48,803 nucleotides of DNA from an uncultured Lentisphaeraceae bacterium (GTDB lineage Bacteria > Verrucomicrobiota > Kiritimatiellia > RFP12 > UBA1067): contig CAYRZP010000001.1 of assembly GCA_964428885.1 (NCBI GenBank), positions 1-48,803 on the forward strand. The letters run 5' to 3'. Shown piece after piece: positions 18,290 through 26,585 of the stretch (its first letter is position 1; each line of letters opens with the position of its first letter). The notes under the pieces were generated by a model. That model was not told where the DNA came from and ran no database searches. It saw only the letters and a program-made list of their open reading frames with translations. The position numbers and the translations under genes are program-made.

Positions 18290-19180
18290 CTAGGCCCGCA
18301 TGAGGCGCTCGCGCACGAAAACGCTCTGTCCGTCTTCATGGTATGAGCTGCGCACCAGCGGCGCGCTGGCGACGAAACCGAACCCGGCGGCATAGGCGAG
18401 GTCCCGCACCCTGTCGAACTCGGCCGGCTCCAGGAAACGCGCCACCGGCAGGTGGCGCGCGGAAGGCTGCAGGTACTGGCCGGCGTAGAATATGCGGCAG
18501 CCTGCGGCGCGGGCGTCCCTTAAAGTCTCGCCGATCTCGTCGAAGGTCTCGCCCAGCCCCAGCATCAGGCTGGTTTTGGTTATCAGCCCGGCCTCGGAAG
18601 CCTGGCGCAGCACCGCCAGCGATCGCGCGTAGTCGGCCTGTGGCCGCGCGTGCGGGTAGAGGCGCGGCACGGTTTCCAGATTGTGGCCGAAGACCGCCGG
18701 CCGCTCACGGGCGACGGTCGCGATGTCGCCGGGCCTGCCGCCGAAATCAGGCACCAGCACTTCGACGATTATTCCCGGCACGGCGTCATGCACTGCCCGC
18801 ACCGTGGCGGCCCACAAGGCGGCCCCGCCGTCCGGCAGGTCGTCGCGCGTGACCGAGGTAATGACCACCTCTTTCAGCCCGGTCTCTCTGACGGCGTCGG
18901 CCACGCGGCGCGGTTCCGCTGGGTCGGGCGGCATGACCTGCAGCTTGTCCACATTGCAGAAGCGGCAGCCGCGCGTGCAGCGGTCGCCCAGAATCATGAT
19001 CGTGGCGCGCCCGTGCGACCAGCAGCGGCCCAGATTGGGGCAGGCGGCCTCTTCGCAGACCGTGTGCAGCCCGTGCGCGCGCAGGCGGAGGCGGGTTTCC
19101 TGGAAAGCCTGGCCCTGCCCGATCCGCGCCCTGATCCAGGGCGGCTTGGCGCCGTGCCTGCCTGTAGCTGTTTCTTGCAT
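18290..19180 (-). CDS. lipA: Lipoyl synthase
   Basis: KPPWIRARI.., CEEAACPNLGRCW, the radical-SAM motif CTRGCRFCNV, then TSLMLGLGET. ATG at 19180 is preferred over 19240. Confidence 0.9.
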   Translation of the reverse strand: MQETATGRHGAKPPWIRARIGQGQAFQETRLRLRAHGLHTVCEEAACPNLGRCWSHGRATIMILGDRCTRGCRFCNVDKLQVMPPDPAEPRRVADAVRETGLKEVVITSVTRDDLPDGGAALWAATVRAVHDAVPGIIVEVLVPDFGGRPGDIATVARERPAVFGHNLETVPRLYPHARPQADYARSLAVLRQASEAGLITKTSLMLGLGETFDEIGETLRDARAAGCRIFYAGQYLQPSARHLPVARFLEPAEFDRVRDLAYAAGFGFVASAPLVRSSYHEDGQSVFVRERLMRA

Positions 19181-19308
19181 GACGCCCCTGATTAAAACAT
19201 AAGGCGTGTCCGAAACGAAGAACGAAACGCGGCCGGGCAAAAAAGGCGTTGTCTTTCAGCCGTAGGTTTCGCTATCCTGACGGAAACAACGCATTAAAGG
19301 AGCCTCAC

Positions 19309-20349
19309 ATGAAGTCGAAATACCGTTTTTCTTTCGGGCCCTGGAACATCCATGAAGGCGCCGACCCCTTCGGCCCGACTGTCCGCGAGAGCATGACATT
19401 CGCCCAAAAGCTGAAGCTCTTCAAACCCATGGGTTATGACGGCGTACAGTTTCACGACGACGACGCCGTGCCAGGCATGAACGATCTCGGCGGCGCGGCC
19501 ATCGCCAAGCAGGCGGCGGATCTCAAAAAGCTGCTGGACAGCGAGGGCCTGGTGGCCGAGTTCGTGGCGCCGCGCCTGTGGGAAGACCCGCGCACCGTCG
19601 ACGGCGGCTACACCTCCAACGACCCGGCCTGCCGCGCCTACGCCATCGAGCGCAGCCTGCGCGCCGTGGACATCGCCAACGCCCTCGGCACAAAGCTGAT
19701 AGTGCTCTGGCTCGCGCGAGAGGGCACCTACCTGCGCGAGTCCAAGGACAGCAAGCGCGCGGTGGAACAGCTCGTCGAGGCCATCAACCGCATGCTGGCC
19801 CACGACCCGGCCATCCGCATCGCGATCGAGCCCAAGCCCAACGAGCCGGTCGACCAGGCCTACATCCCCACTACCGGCCACGCCATCGCGCTCGGCCACC
19901 TCTGTTCCGATCCCGCGCGCGTGGGCGTGAACATCGAGAGCGCGCACGCGATCCTGGCGGGCCTCGATCCCTCTGACGAGATGGGCTTCGCGCTGGCGCA
20001 CAAGAAGCTCTTCACGGTGCACCTGAACGACCAGAACGGCATCAAGTTCGACGAAGACCGCAGCTTCGGCAGCATCGACCTGCGCCGCGCCTTCAACCAG
20101 GTGCGCATTCTCGACAAGCACGGCTACGGCAGCAAGGGCGAGTTCGTGGGCCTCGACATCAAGGCCATGCGCACGCAGAAACTCGGTGTCAGCGCCAAGC
20201 ACCTCTCTAACAGCCGCACCATCTTCCTGCAGCTCCTGGAGGTCGCGCGCGGTCTGGACCAGAAAACGGTCGACGACCTGATCGCCGGGCGCGATTATGA
20301 GCAGCTCGATCTCCTGATCGTTAACGCGCTGATGGGACGCGCGGGATGA
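19309..20349 (+). CDS. Xylose-isomerase-family (class I-like) sugar isomerase
   Basis: Colinear with Streptomyces-type XylA: FSFGPWN.., GVQFHDDD, IAIEPKPNEP, NIESAHA, HLNDQNGIKFDEDRSFG. An AAGGAG RBS precedes the ATG at 19309. Confidence 0.75.
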   Translation: MKSKYRFSFGPWNIHEGADPFGPTVRESMTFAQKLKLFKPMGYDGVQFHDDDAVPGMNDLGGAAIAKQAADLKKLLDSEGLVAEFVAPRLWEDPRTVDGGYTSNDPACRAYAIERSLRAVDIANALGTKLIVLWLAREGTYLRESKDSKRAVEQLVEAINRMLAHDPAIRIAIEPKPNEPVDQAYIPTTGHAIALGHLCSDPARVGVNIESAHAILAGLDPSDEMGFALAHKKLFTVHLNDQNGIKFDEDRSFGSIDLRRAFNQVRILDKHGYGSKGEFVGLDIKAMRTQKLGVSAKHLSNSRTIFLQLLEVARGLDQKTVDDLIAGRDYEQLDLLIVNALMGRAG

Positions 20350-20376
20350 TCGCGGCGCCCATGCGGGAGTGACGCC

Positions 20377-21582
20377 ATGGCGGCAGACGTATTGATATTG
20401 AATACGGCGGTGCTGGATCTACGCAGCCCGGATTTCGCGTTCGCGGACCGGCTGGCGGGTGCGGGCGGGCTGGCCAAATGCGCCACGGAGGATATGCCGC
20501 CTTACACGCAGGAGCAGCTCAAGGCGTATGTGGACGCGGGCGGCGCGTCGGCCGGCGGGCCGGGCAACACCGCCCCGCTGCAGGCGCGCGCCGGGCTGCA
20601 GGTGGCGGTCGGGGTCAACCTTGGTAAAGGCGCTTACGGCGGCCTCGACATCCAGGGGCGCGTCTTCCACGACACCCTCGCGTCCAACGGCGTCGACCTT
20701 TCCGCCACGTTCGTACATCCCGCGCTGCCGACCGGCACGACCTTCATCCACGAGGTGCCCAGCGGCGAGCGCGGCGGCATCACCTACTTCCCCAACGCCA
20801 ACAACGACTTCGATTTCGAAGCCTTCAAGCCGTATGTGGAGCGCCTGGCGCCGCGGGTGATGTACTACATGTACTCAGGCCTCTCCGACCGCGGCGACGC
20901 CAACGGCGGGCATGACCTGGCGGCGTTCGTGGTCTGGTGCCGCGCCCGCGGCTGTGTCACTATTGTGGACAGCCACACCCTGACCGGCAACCCGCAGGAG
21001 CTGATCGCGCGGGGCGAGCCGGTGCCGGCCTACCGCCTGCTGGAGCCGCTGCTGGGCGAGCTGGACATCTTCTTCACCTCGGCGGACGAGGCGCGCATGA
21101 TCCGCAACACCCTCGAACCCGGCAATGACGCCGGGGGATTGGGCAAGGAGGCGGCGATCCTCTCCTTCCTGGACTTCACGGCCGGCCGCTTCGCGCGGCA
21201 GGACGGGCGGGCGCGGCTATTCGGCTTGACCGTCAAGAACGGCGCCTACATCCGCTATGTCAAGCCGGACGGCGATCCGGGACGCAACGTTTTCTGCGCC
21301 TCGCGCTTCATGGTCGGGGACGTGGTCGACCTGGTCGGCGCCGGCGACTCGTTCCGCGCCGGGCTCACGGCCTATGTCGCGCGCCACCGCCAGGCCTTTC
21401 TTGACGGCACGCTCGACGCCGACGAGGCGGTGCAGACCGGGAACCTGATGGCGACGCTCTACGTCACCTCGCCGCTGCGCGACCGCTACGGGCTGATCCC
21501 GCCGTTCGAGAAAATGCTGGCTGTGGCGCGGGGCGACCGGCGCTTCAGCACCATCGAAGAGCTGAGGGACGCCCTGGCCTGA
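20377..21582 (+). CDS. PfkB-family carbohydrate kinase (long form)
   Basis: 401 aa. The C-terminal anion-hole/ATP motif is DLVGAGDSFRAG. The overall layout is ribokinase-like. Confidence 0.7.
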   Translation: MAADVLILNTAVLDLRSPDFAFADRLAGAGGLAKCATEDMPPYTQEQLKAYVDAGGASAGGPGNTAPLQARAGLQVAVGVNLGKGAYGGLDIQGRVFHDTLASNGVDLSATFVHPALPTGTTFIHEVPSGERGGITYFPNANNDFDFEAFKPYVERLAPRVMYYMYSGLSDRGDANGGHDLAAFVVWCRARGCVTIVDSHTLTGNPQELIARGEPVPAYRLLEPLLGELDIFFTSADEARMIRNTLEPGNDAGGLGKEAAILSFLDFTAGRFARQDGRARLFGLTVKNGAYIRYVKPDGDPGRNVFCASRFMVGDVVDLVGAGDSFRAGLTAYVARHRQAFLDGTLDADEAVQTGNLMATLYVTSPLRDRYGLIPPFEKMLAVARGDRRFSTIEELRDALA

Positions 21583-21627
21583 TTTTTTACCCCGGCTGAA
21601 AAACTGGCGTTCCCCTGAACATTAGCC

Positions 21628-21657
21628 TTGCGCTGGTAACCAAGAATCGGCTACTAT
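21628..21657 (+). promoter_or_regulatory. Sigma70-like promoter candidate TTGCGC-18-TACTAT upstream of rpmE
   Basis: Hexamers read directly, about 33 nt upstream of the rpmE ATG. Confidence 0.35.
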
Positions 21658-21689
21658 TTTCACTCCGTATTACCGAAAGGCGGATTTTT

Positions 21690-21896
21690 ATGAAGAAGGA
21701 CATCCATCCCAATTATGAAGACGCGACCATCACATGCGCCTGCGGCAATGTGATCAACACGCGTTCAACCAAGAAAGAGATGAGCGTCAACACATGCTCG
21801 GCCTGCCACCCGTATTTCACCGGGCAGCAGACCATGATCGACACCGAGGGCCGTGTCGACCAGTTCATGAAGCGCTACAGCATCAAAAAGTCGTAG
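21690..21896 (+). CDS. rpmE: 50S ribosomal protein L31 (Zn-ribbon type)
   Basis: MKKDIHPNY.., with the CxC...CSACHPYFTG cysteines. Confidence 0.95.
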   Translation: MKKDIHPNYEDATITCACGNVINTRSTKKEMSVNTCSACHPYFTGQQTMIDTEGRVDQFMKRYSIKKS

Positions 21897-21911
21897 ACGG
21901 GCATCAGAGAG

Positions 21912-21954
21912 ACGGGCCGGAGGACGCTGGACGCGTTCCCGGTCCGTTTTGTTT
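21912..21954 (+). terminator. Imperfect GC-rich hairpin followed by TTTTGTTT, candidate intrinsic terminator of rpmE
   Basis: ACGGGCCGGAGGACGC / GCGTTCCCGGTCCGT pair with an internal loop. A T-rich tail follows at 21947-21954. Confidence 0.4.
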
Positions 21955-21962
21955 CTGCAAAA

Positions 21963-23045
21963 ATGATCGCGCAAGACCAGATCAGGCGTGTGCTGGACCG
22001 GATCCGGACGGCGGAGGCCGAGCTGTCTGACCCCGCTTTGCTGAACAAACCGGCGCTTTACCGCCAGAAGGCGCGGGAGCACGCCGCGCTCAAACGGCTG
22101 GAGCGCGCGGCGGGAGTATACTTCCGTCTGCTGGACGAGCTGGCCGGCAGCCGCGGCCTTGCTGAAGATCCGGCGGCCGACCCCGAGATCGCCGAAATGG
22201 CGCGCGCTGAGTGCGTGCGCATCGAGTCCGAGCTGCCTGCCGCCGAGCGGGCCGTGCAGGCCGGGCTGCTGCCGCCGGAGCCGGCGGACGCCCGAAACGC
22301 GGTTTTCGAAATCCGCGCCGGCACGGGCGGCGAGGAGGCCGCGCTGTTCGCCGCCGCGCTGTTCCGCATGTACTCGCGCTTCTGTGACTCGAAGGGCTGG
22401 AAGATATCGGTCGTCGACGCCAACGGCACTGAATTGGGCGGATACAAAGAGATCGTTTTCACCGTGGCGGGCGAGGGGGCTTACGGCACTTTCAAGTTCG
22501 AGAGCGGCGGCCACCGTGTGCAGCGGGTGCCCGAGACCGAGGCGCAGGGACGCATCCACACCTCGGCGGCCACGGTCATAGTTTTCCCCGAGGCCGACGA
22601 GGAAGACGACATTGTTCTGCCTGAGAGCGATCTGCGCATCGACATCTTTTGCGCCGGCGGCCACGGCGGCCAGGGCGTCAACACCACCTACTCGGCCATC
22701 CGCATCACGCACCTGCCGACCGGCCTGACAGCGCAGTGCCAGGACGAGCGCTCGCAGCACCGTAACAAAGAGAAGGCGCTGGGCGTGCTGAAGGCGCGCC
22801 TGCTCGACCAGCGGCGGCAGGCGGAGGCGGCCAAGCTCGGCAAGACGCGGCTCGACCTGCGCGGCTCGGGCGACCGCAGCCAGCGCATCCGCACCTACAA
22901 CTTCCCGCAGAACCGCATGACCGACCACCGCGTCAACCTCACGCTCTACAGTCTCGACCGGATCATGGAGGGAGGACTGGATAACCTGCTGGAATCGCTC
23001 GCCGCGCACGACCTGGCCGAACGGGTCGCGCGTGAGATGGAATAG
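21963..23045 (+). CDS. prfA: Peptide chain release factor 1
   Basis: GGHRVQRVPETEAQGRIHTS (RF1-type PxT tripeptide) and the GGQ motif in GGHGGQGVNTT. The ORF is uninterrupted, with no frameshift. Confidence 0.95.
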   Translation: MIAQDQIRRVLDRIRTAEAELSDPALLNKPALYRQKAREHAALKRLERAAGVYFRLLDELAGSRGLAEDPAADPEIAEMARAECVRIESELPAAERAVQAGLLPPEPADARNAVFEIRAGTGGEEAALFAAALFRMYSRFCDSKGWKISVVDANGTELGGYKEIVFTVAGEGAYGTFKFESGGHRVQRVPETEAQGRIHTSAATVIVFPEADEEDDIVLPESDLRIDIFCAGGHGGQGVNTTYSAIRITHLPTGLTAQCQDERSQHRNKEKALGVLKARLLDQRRQAEAAKLGKTRLDLRGSGDRSQRIRTYNFPQNRMTDHRVNLTLYSLDRIMEGGLDNLLESLAAHDLAERVAREME

Positions 23046-23055
23046 CGCGACAATG

Positions 23056-23084
23056 TTGACAGCGCCTGCCCGCTGACGCATAAT
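23056..23084 (+). promoter_or_regulatory. Sigma70-like promoter TTGACA-17-CATAAT
   Basis: TTGACA at 23056-23061, exactly 17 nt of spacer, then CATAAT at 23079-23084. It lies just after the prfA stop and about 190 nt upstream of the rnfE-like ATG. Confidence 0.5.
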
Positions 23085-23118
23085 TAGTGCCTTACGAACC
23101 AACAACAGCAATAAAAAA

Positions 23119-23259
23119 CAAGTTGTATTGTAATGGTGGAATACTGGAATAATGGAACATGCTGCGGCTTTTTCGGCCTCAAACCCCATAATTCCACCAT
23201 CCCATTATTCCAGTTGTGATGCGGGCTGCGCCCGCATTAGAGCTTTCAAGAACAACTTG
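23119..23259 (+). promoter_or_regulatory. Low-GC structured leader or unknown RNA element upstream of the rnfE-like gene
   Basis: Outer 8-bp complement CAAGTTGT (23119-26) / ACAACTTG (23252-59). ATGGTGGAAT (23133-42) pairs with ATTCCACCAT (23191-200). CTGGAATAATGG (23144-55) pairs with CCATTATTCCAG (23202-13). The last two pairs cross each other (pseudoknot or alternative folds). A GC hairpin ATGCGGGC-TGC-GCCCGCAT lies at 23219-23237. Confidence 0.35.
23221..23235. repeat. Palindromic element GCGGGC-TGC-GCCCGC (copy 1)
   Basis: Its reverse complement with flanks, TAATGCGGGCGCAGCCCGCATC, matches TAACGCGGGCGCAGCCCGCAAC at 25655-25676 in 20 of 22 positions. Confidence 0.8.
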
Positions 23260-23276
23260 GACAGCGCATTCAAGCC

Positions 23277-23954
23277 ATGAGTTTACTTTCTGACCTGACC
23301 CGCGGCATCATCAAAGAGAATCCGACCTTCCGGCTGGTGCTGGGCATGTGCCCCACCCTGGCCTTGACCACCTCGCTGGAAAACGCGATCGGCATGGGCG
23401 TCGCGGCGACCTTCGTGCTGGTCTGCTCCAACATGGCCATATCATCCATGCGCAAGCTGATCCCAGACGCCGTGCGCATACCATGCTACATCGTGGTTGT
23501 CGCCGCTTTCGTCACGACGGTGGACCTGCTGATGCAGGCCTACACACCAGCGCTGGCCGACAGTCTGGGAATCTTCATCCCGCTGATCGTGGTGAACTGT
23601 ATCATCCTCGGACGCGCCGAGGCCTTTGCCTCCAAGAACAGCGTCGTCCACAGCGCCGCCGACGGCATCGGCATGGGCATCGGCTTCACCCTGGCACTCT
23701 CGATCATCGCCATGATCCGCGAATTTCTCGGCAACGGCTCGATCACGGTCTGGGGCGACATCGCCCTGACCGGCCTCCACAACCGCGCGATTGTGCTGGT
23801 GATCCTCCCGGCGGGCGGGTTTGTGACGCTCGGCCTGATCCTTGCCTTCATAAACCACCTCCAGAGCGTCGCCGCCGCGAAACGCGGCGAGGTCGCGCCG
23901 CAACCGCTGGAGCTGGACTGCCGCCACTGCGCGCTTTGCAAACTAGCTGAGTGA
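23277..23954 (+). CDS. rnfE: RnfE/RsxE (NqrD-family) membrane subunit, isolated copy
   Basis: 225 aa. Colinear with RsxE/NqrD: NP.FRLVLGMCPTLA.T.S..NA.GMG.A, then GIFIPLIVVNCIILGRAEAFASKN. It has an unusual C-terminal CRHCALC tail. No other rnf or nqr gene is adjacent. Confidence 0.8.
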   Translation: MSLLSDLTRGIIKENPTFRLVLGMCPTLALTTSLENAIGMGVAATFVLVCSNMAISSMRKLIPDAVRIPCYIVVVAAFVTTVDLLMQAYTPALADSLGIFIPLIVVNCIILGRAEAFASKNSVVHSAADGIGMGIGFTLALSIIAMIREFLGNGSITVWGDIALTGLHNRAIVLVILPAGGFVTLGLILAFINHLQSVAAAKRGEVAPQPLELDCRHCALCKLAE

Positions 23955-23968
23955 GCGGCGGCGTGTTC

Positions 23969-24697
23969 TCAGCCGCGCGCCAGCGTCACGGCCCACACCT
24001 TATAGGCCTCCGCCCGCTTCAAGACCCGCGCGCACTCGTTCAGCGTCGCGCCGGTGGTCATCACGTCATCCACCAGCAAGACCCGGCGGTGCCGCACCAG
24101 TCCGGGTTTTGACACCGCGAACGCGCCCGACATGTTGGCGCGGCGGCGTTGCGCGTCCAGCGCGGTCTGCGTCTCGGTGTGGCGCACGCGGATCAGGGCC
24201 GCGGTCTCGCAGCGCCGCCCGATCCGGCAGGCCAACTCGCGCGCCAGCACCGCGGCCTGGTTGTAAGAGCGGTCGCGCTGACGCGCGGGATACAGCGGCA
24301 CCGGCACCACCACGTCAACGTCCTCGGCGGTGAAATGCGCCGCAAGACAGCCCTCCAGAATGTCTGCCAAATCCCGCGTGAGCCAGAGCGCGTGGCCATA
24401 TTTGAACATATGGACCTGTTCGCGCAAGACACCCGCGAAACGTCCGGCCGCGCGGGCACGGTCAAAACGCGGCGGGTCGGAACGGCACGCGCCGCAGACG
24501 AAACTGTGCGCGACCAGGCCTTCCACATGCAGGCCGCAGCGCTCGCAGACGCTGTCTTCGTAAAGCTCGATCCGCCGCCTGCATTCCCAGCAAAGATGCC
24601 GCCCGGGGCGATCCGACAGCCCGCCGCAACCGGGGCAGACGCGCGGATAGAACCAGTCGGCCGCGCGCGCCGTCAACTCTGCGAAGCGGATCCGCAC
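23969..24697 (-). CDS. comF: ComF-family protein (phosphoribosyltransferase domain)
   Basis: N-terminal zinc-finger-like CPGCGG..CWEC..CERCG..CGAC, then PVPL, and the C-terminal PRTase motif VLLVDDVMTTGATL. There is no ATG. GTG candidates are at 24697 (preceded by AAAGGGG), 24715 and 24718. The 349-aa ORF is an artefactual extension. Confidence 0.8.
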   Translation of the reverse strand: MRIRFAELTARAADWFYPRVCPGCGGLSDRPGRHLCWECRRRIELYEDSVCERCGLHVEGLVAHSFVCGACRSDPPRFDRARAAGRFAGVLREQVHMFKYGHALWLTRDLADILEGCLAAHFTAEDVDVVVPVPLYPARQRDRSYNQAAVLARELACRIGRRCETAALIRVRHTETQTALDAQRRRANMSGAFAVSKPGLVRHRRVLLVDDVMTTGATLNECARVLKRAEAYKVWAVTLARG

Positions 24698-24711
24698 CGG
24701 CGCCCCTTTCT

Positions 24712-25620
24712 TCACCACAGCCGCTCGGGATAATCGCCTGCGGCGATCAGCCTGCGCACGGCCGCCTCGACCAGCGGCTTGTCCTCGCGGTATGTCACGC
24801 CGAACCACGCGCTTTCGGTCGGCAGAACCTCCACCCGGACCGCGCCCTCGCGGATCATGCCGTCCACCGCGAACGGGATGTACCATTCGGCCTTGGGATC
24901 GGCGGCGTGAGCGTCGAGCCAGACCGTGAAACGCTCCTCCAGCAGGCCGAACAGTTCCGGCGTGAATCCCCACAGGTTCATCGAAACCCGTTCCGCGCCG
25001 GTCAGGCGCACCGGGCAAGCCCCGTCCTCCCGGTTCTCGACCCCGCCGGGCACGCGCGTCAGGCGGGTCATCTCGGTGACCTTCACGAGCATGCCGCTCT
25101 CTTCAGTGCGGCAGATGCCGCGCGCCACGCTGCCGTGTTCGGACAGGGTCTGGTCCAGACGGTAGCCGACCATCGCGAACCGCGTCGGCCGGTCGCCGCC
25201 CGGCGCGGCGAGAAACTTGCCCAAGCGGCGGAAGGCGTCGTTCCCGTAAAAATCATCGGCGTTGATCGCCGCGAAAGGCGCGTCAACCGCGCCGCGCGCG
25301 GCGCGGATCGCGTGCGCCGTGCCCCACGGCTTGGCGCGGCCTTCCGGCGCCTTGAATCCGGGCGGCAGGTCGTCGAGTTCCTGAAAAGCATAGTCCACCT
25401 CAATCATCCCGGCGTATTTGGCGCCAACCGACTCGCGGAACACCGCCTCGAAGTCGCGCCGGATCACGAAAACGATCCGTCCGAAACCGGCGCGCATCGC
25501 GTCGAACACCGAGTAGTCCATGATCGTCTCGCCGCCGGGTCCCACCGGATCGACCTGCTTCAAACCGCCATAGCGGCTGCCCATGCCAGCCGCCAGCACC
25601 ACCAAAACCGGTTTCGCCAT
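24712..25620 (-). CDS. Sugar-phosphate nucleotidyltransferase family protein
   Basis: Has the N-terminal LAAGMGSRYGG.KQ signature of NTP_transferase, plus WGTAHA and NADDFYG. Confidence 0.75.
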   Translation of the reverse strand: MAKPVLVVLAAGMGSRYGGLKQVDPVGPGGETIMDYSVFDAMRAGFGRIVFVIRRDFEAVFRESVGAKYAGMIEVDYAFQELDDLPPGFKAPEGRAKPWGTAHAIRAARGAVDAPFAAINADDFYGNDAFRRLGKFLAAPGGDRPTRFAMVGYRLDQTLSEHGSVARGICRTEESGMLVKVTEMTRLTRVPGGVENREDGACPVRLTGAERVSMNLWGFTPELFGLLEERFTVWLDAHAADPKAEWYIPFAVDGMIREGAVRVEVLPTESAWFGVTYREDKPLVEAAVRRLIAAGDYPERLW

Positions 25621-25658
25621 CTTAACATTCTCCTGTGTTCGGTTCGCGTCAAACTAAC

Positions 25659-25673
25659 GCGGGCGCAGCCCGC
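25659..25673. repeat. Palindromic element GCGGGC-GCA-GCCCGC (copy 2, inverted relative to copy 1)
   Basis: See the copy at 23221-23235. The flanks are also conserved. Confidence 0.8.
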
Positions 25674-25687
25674 AACCCAATTCATCT

Positions 25688-25742
25688 CTCACAGAGCCAC
25701 AGAGTGGAGAGCAGATCTCTGTGAGCTCAGTGCCTCTGTGAG
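25688..25742. repeat. Two direct (CT)CACAGAG words followed by two CTCTGTGAG complements (alternative hairpins)
   Basis: CTCACAGAG at 25688-96, CACAGAG at 25698-704, CTCTGTGAG at 25717-25 and 25734-42. The block lies in the spacer between the coaX stop and the nucleotidyltransferase start. Confidence 0.85.
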
Positions 25743-25756
25743 AAACCAAAAACGTG

Positions 25757-26545
25757 TTATTTGGTGTGTTTGTTGTTTGGCAAGGCCAAACTACTCTCTG
25801 CGTTGCTTTCGAAGATGCAGCCGAGGCCGAAGAGGGTCAGCTCCGGATCGACCGTGAAATCCATGCCGCTGCCTTTGAGCGCCCAGCCCGCGTACCCGCC
25901 GGTGGCCACCAGCCGGAAATCCACCCCGGTCTGCCTCCGCAGGTACGACGCGATCTCGCGCACGATCCCGCGGTAGCCGATCTGCGCGCCGATGCGCATG
26001 GCCTGGCGCGTGCTGCGGCCGATTTTAGGGCACGGCCCTTTCAGATCCACGCGCGGCAACAGCGCCGTGCGCTCGTAAAGGTAGTCGGTCATCAGCGGCA
26101 GTCCGGGCGCGATCACGCCGCCGACATACCGGCGGTCGGGCATGATGATGTCAAAGGTCAGGGCCGTGCCGAAATCCGCCACCAGCAGCGGCGCGCCGTA
26201 GCGCCGCACCCCGCCGCAGGCGTCGGCCAGACGGTCGGCGCCGACGCGCTCCGGCTCCGGATAGTCGATCGTCACGCCCATGCGCAGGCCGGCCTTGACC
26301 CGCAGGGTGCCGCATCCTGTTTCTTGCCGGACCAGGCGGCTCCAAAGCGCGTTCACGCGGGGCACGACCGAACCCAGCACGGCGCCGTCCGCCGCTTCGC
26401 CGGCGGCCTTGCGCACGGCGGCGGCGCACGCATCCGGCCTTTTCAGAATGCCGCCCCGTATGTGCGAGACCCGCGAAACCCTGCCGCTGTCCCAAAGGCC
26501 CACCCCGGTCGAGGTGTTGCCGACATCTATCACCACACATCTCAT
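25757..26545 (-). CDS. coaX: Type III pantothenate kinase
   Basis: MRCVVIDVGNTST.. start, then ADFGTALTFD and an ATGG-type C-terminal region. Confidence 0.9.
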   Translation of the reverse strand: MRCVVIDVGNTSTGVGLWDSGRVSRVSHIRGGILKRPDACAAAVRKAAGEAADGAVLGSVVPRVNALWSRLVRQETGCGTLRVKAGLRMGVTIDYPEPERVGADRLADACGGVRRYGAPLLVADFGTALTFDIIMPDRRYVGGVIAPGLPLMTDYLYERTALLPRVDLKGPCPKIGRSTRQAMRIGAQIGYRGIVREIASYLRRQTGVDFRLVATGGYAGWALKGSGMDFTVDPELTLFGLGCIFESNAESSLALPNNKHTK

Positions 26546-26585
26546 GGGAAAACCTTATTGCAAAAACCCGTGGCCTTCCGTGGTT

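Noticed and set aside
21963-23045. Programmed +1 frameshift of the kind found in release-factor genes
   Set aside because: That feature belongs to prfB. This gene is RF1 (PET tripeptide) and is one continuous ORF.
21765-23189. 474-aa ORF on the - strand
   Set aside because: It is antisense to rpmE and prfA, both of which are unambiguous. It has no motifs.
23133-23213. GGAAT-rich words resembling eukaryotic satellite DNA (possible contamination or chimera)
   Set aside because: Only a few units are present. They are arranged as exact inverted complements and are embedded between a bacterial promoter and a bacterial gene start. This is consistent with native structured spacer DNA.
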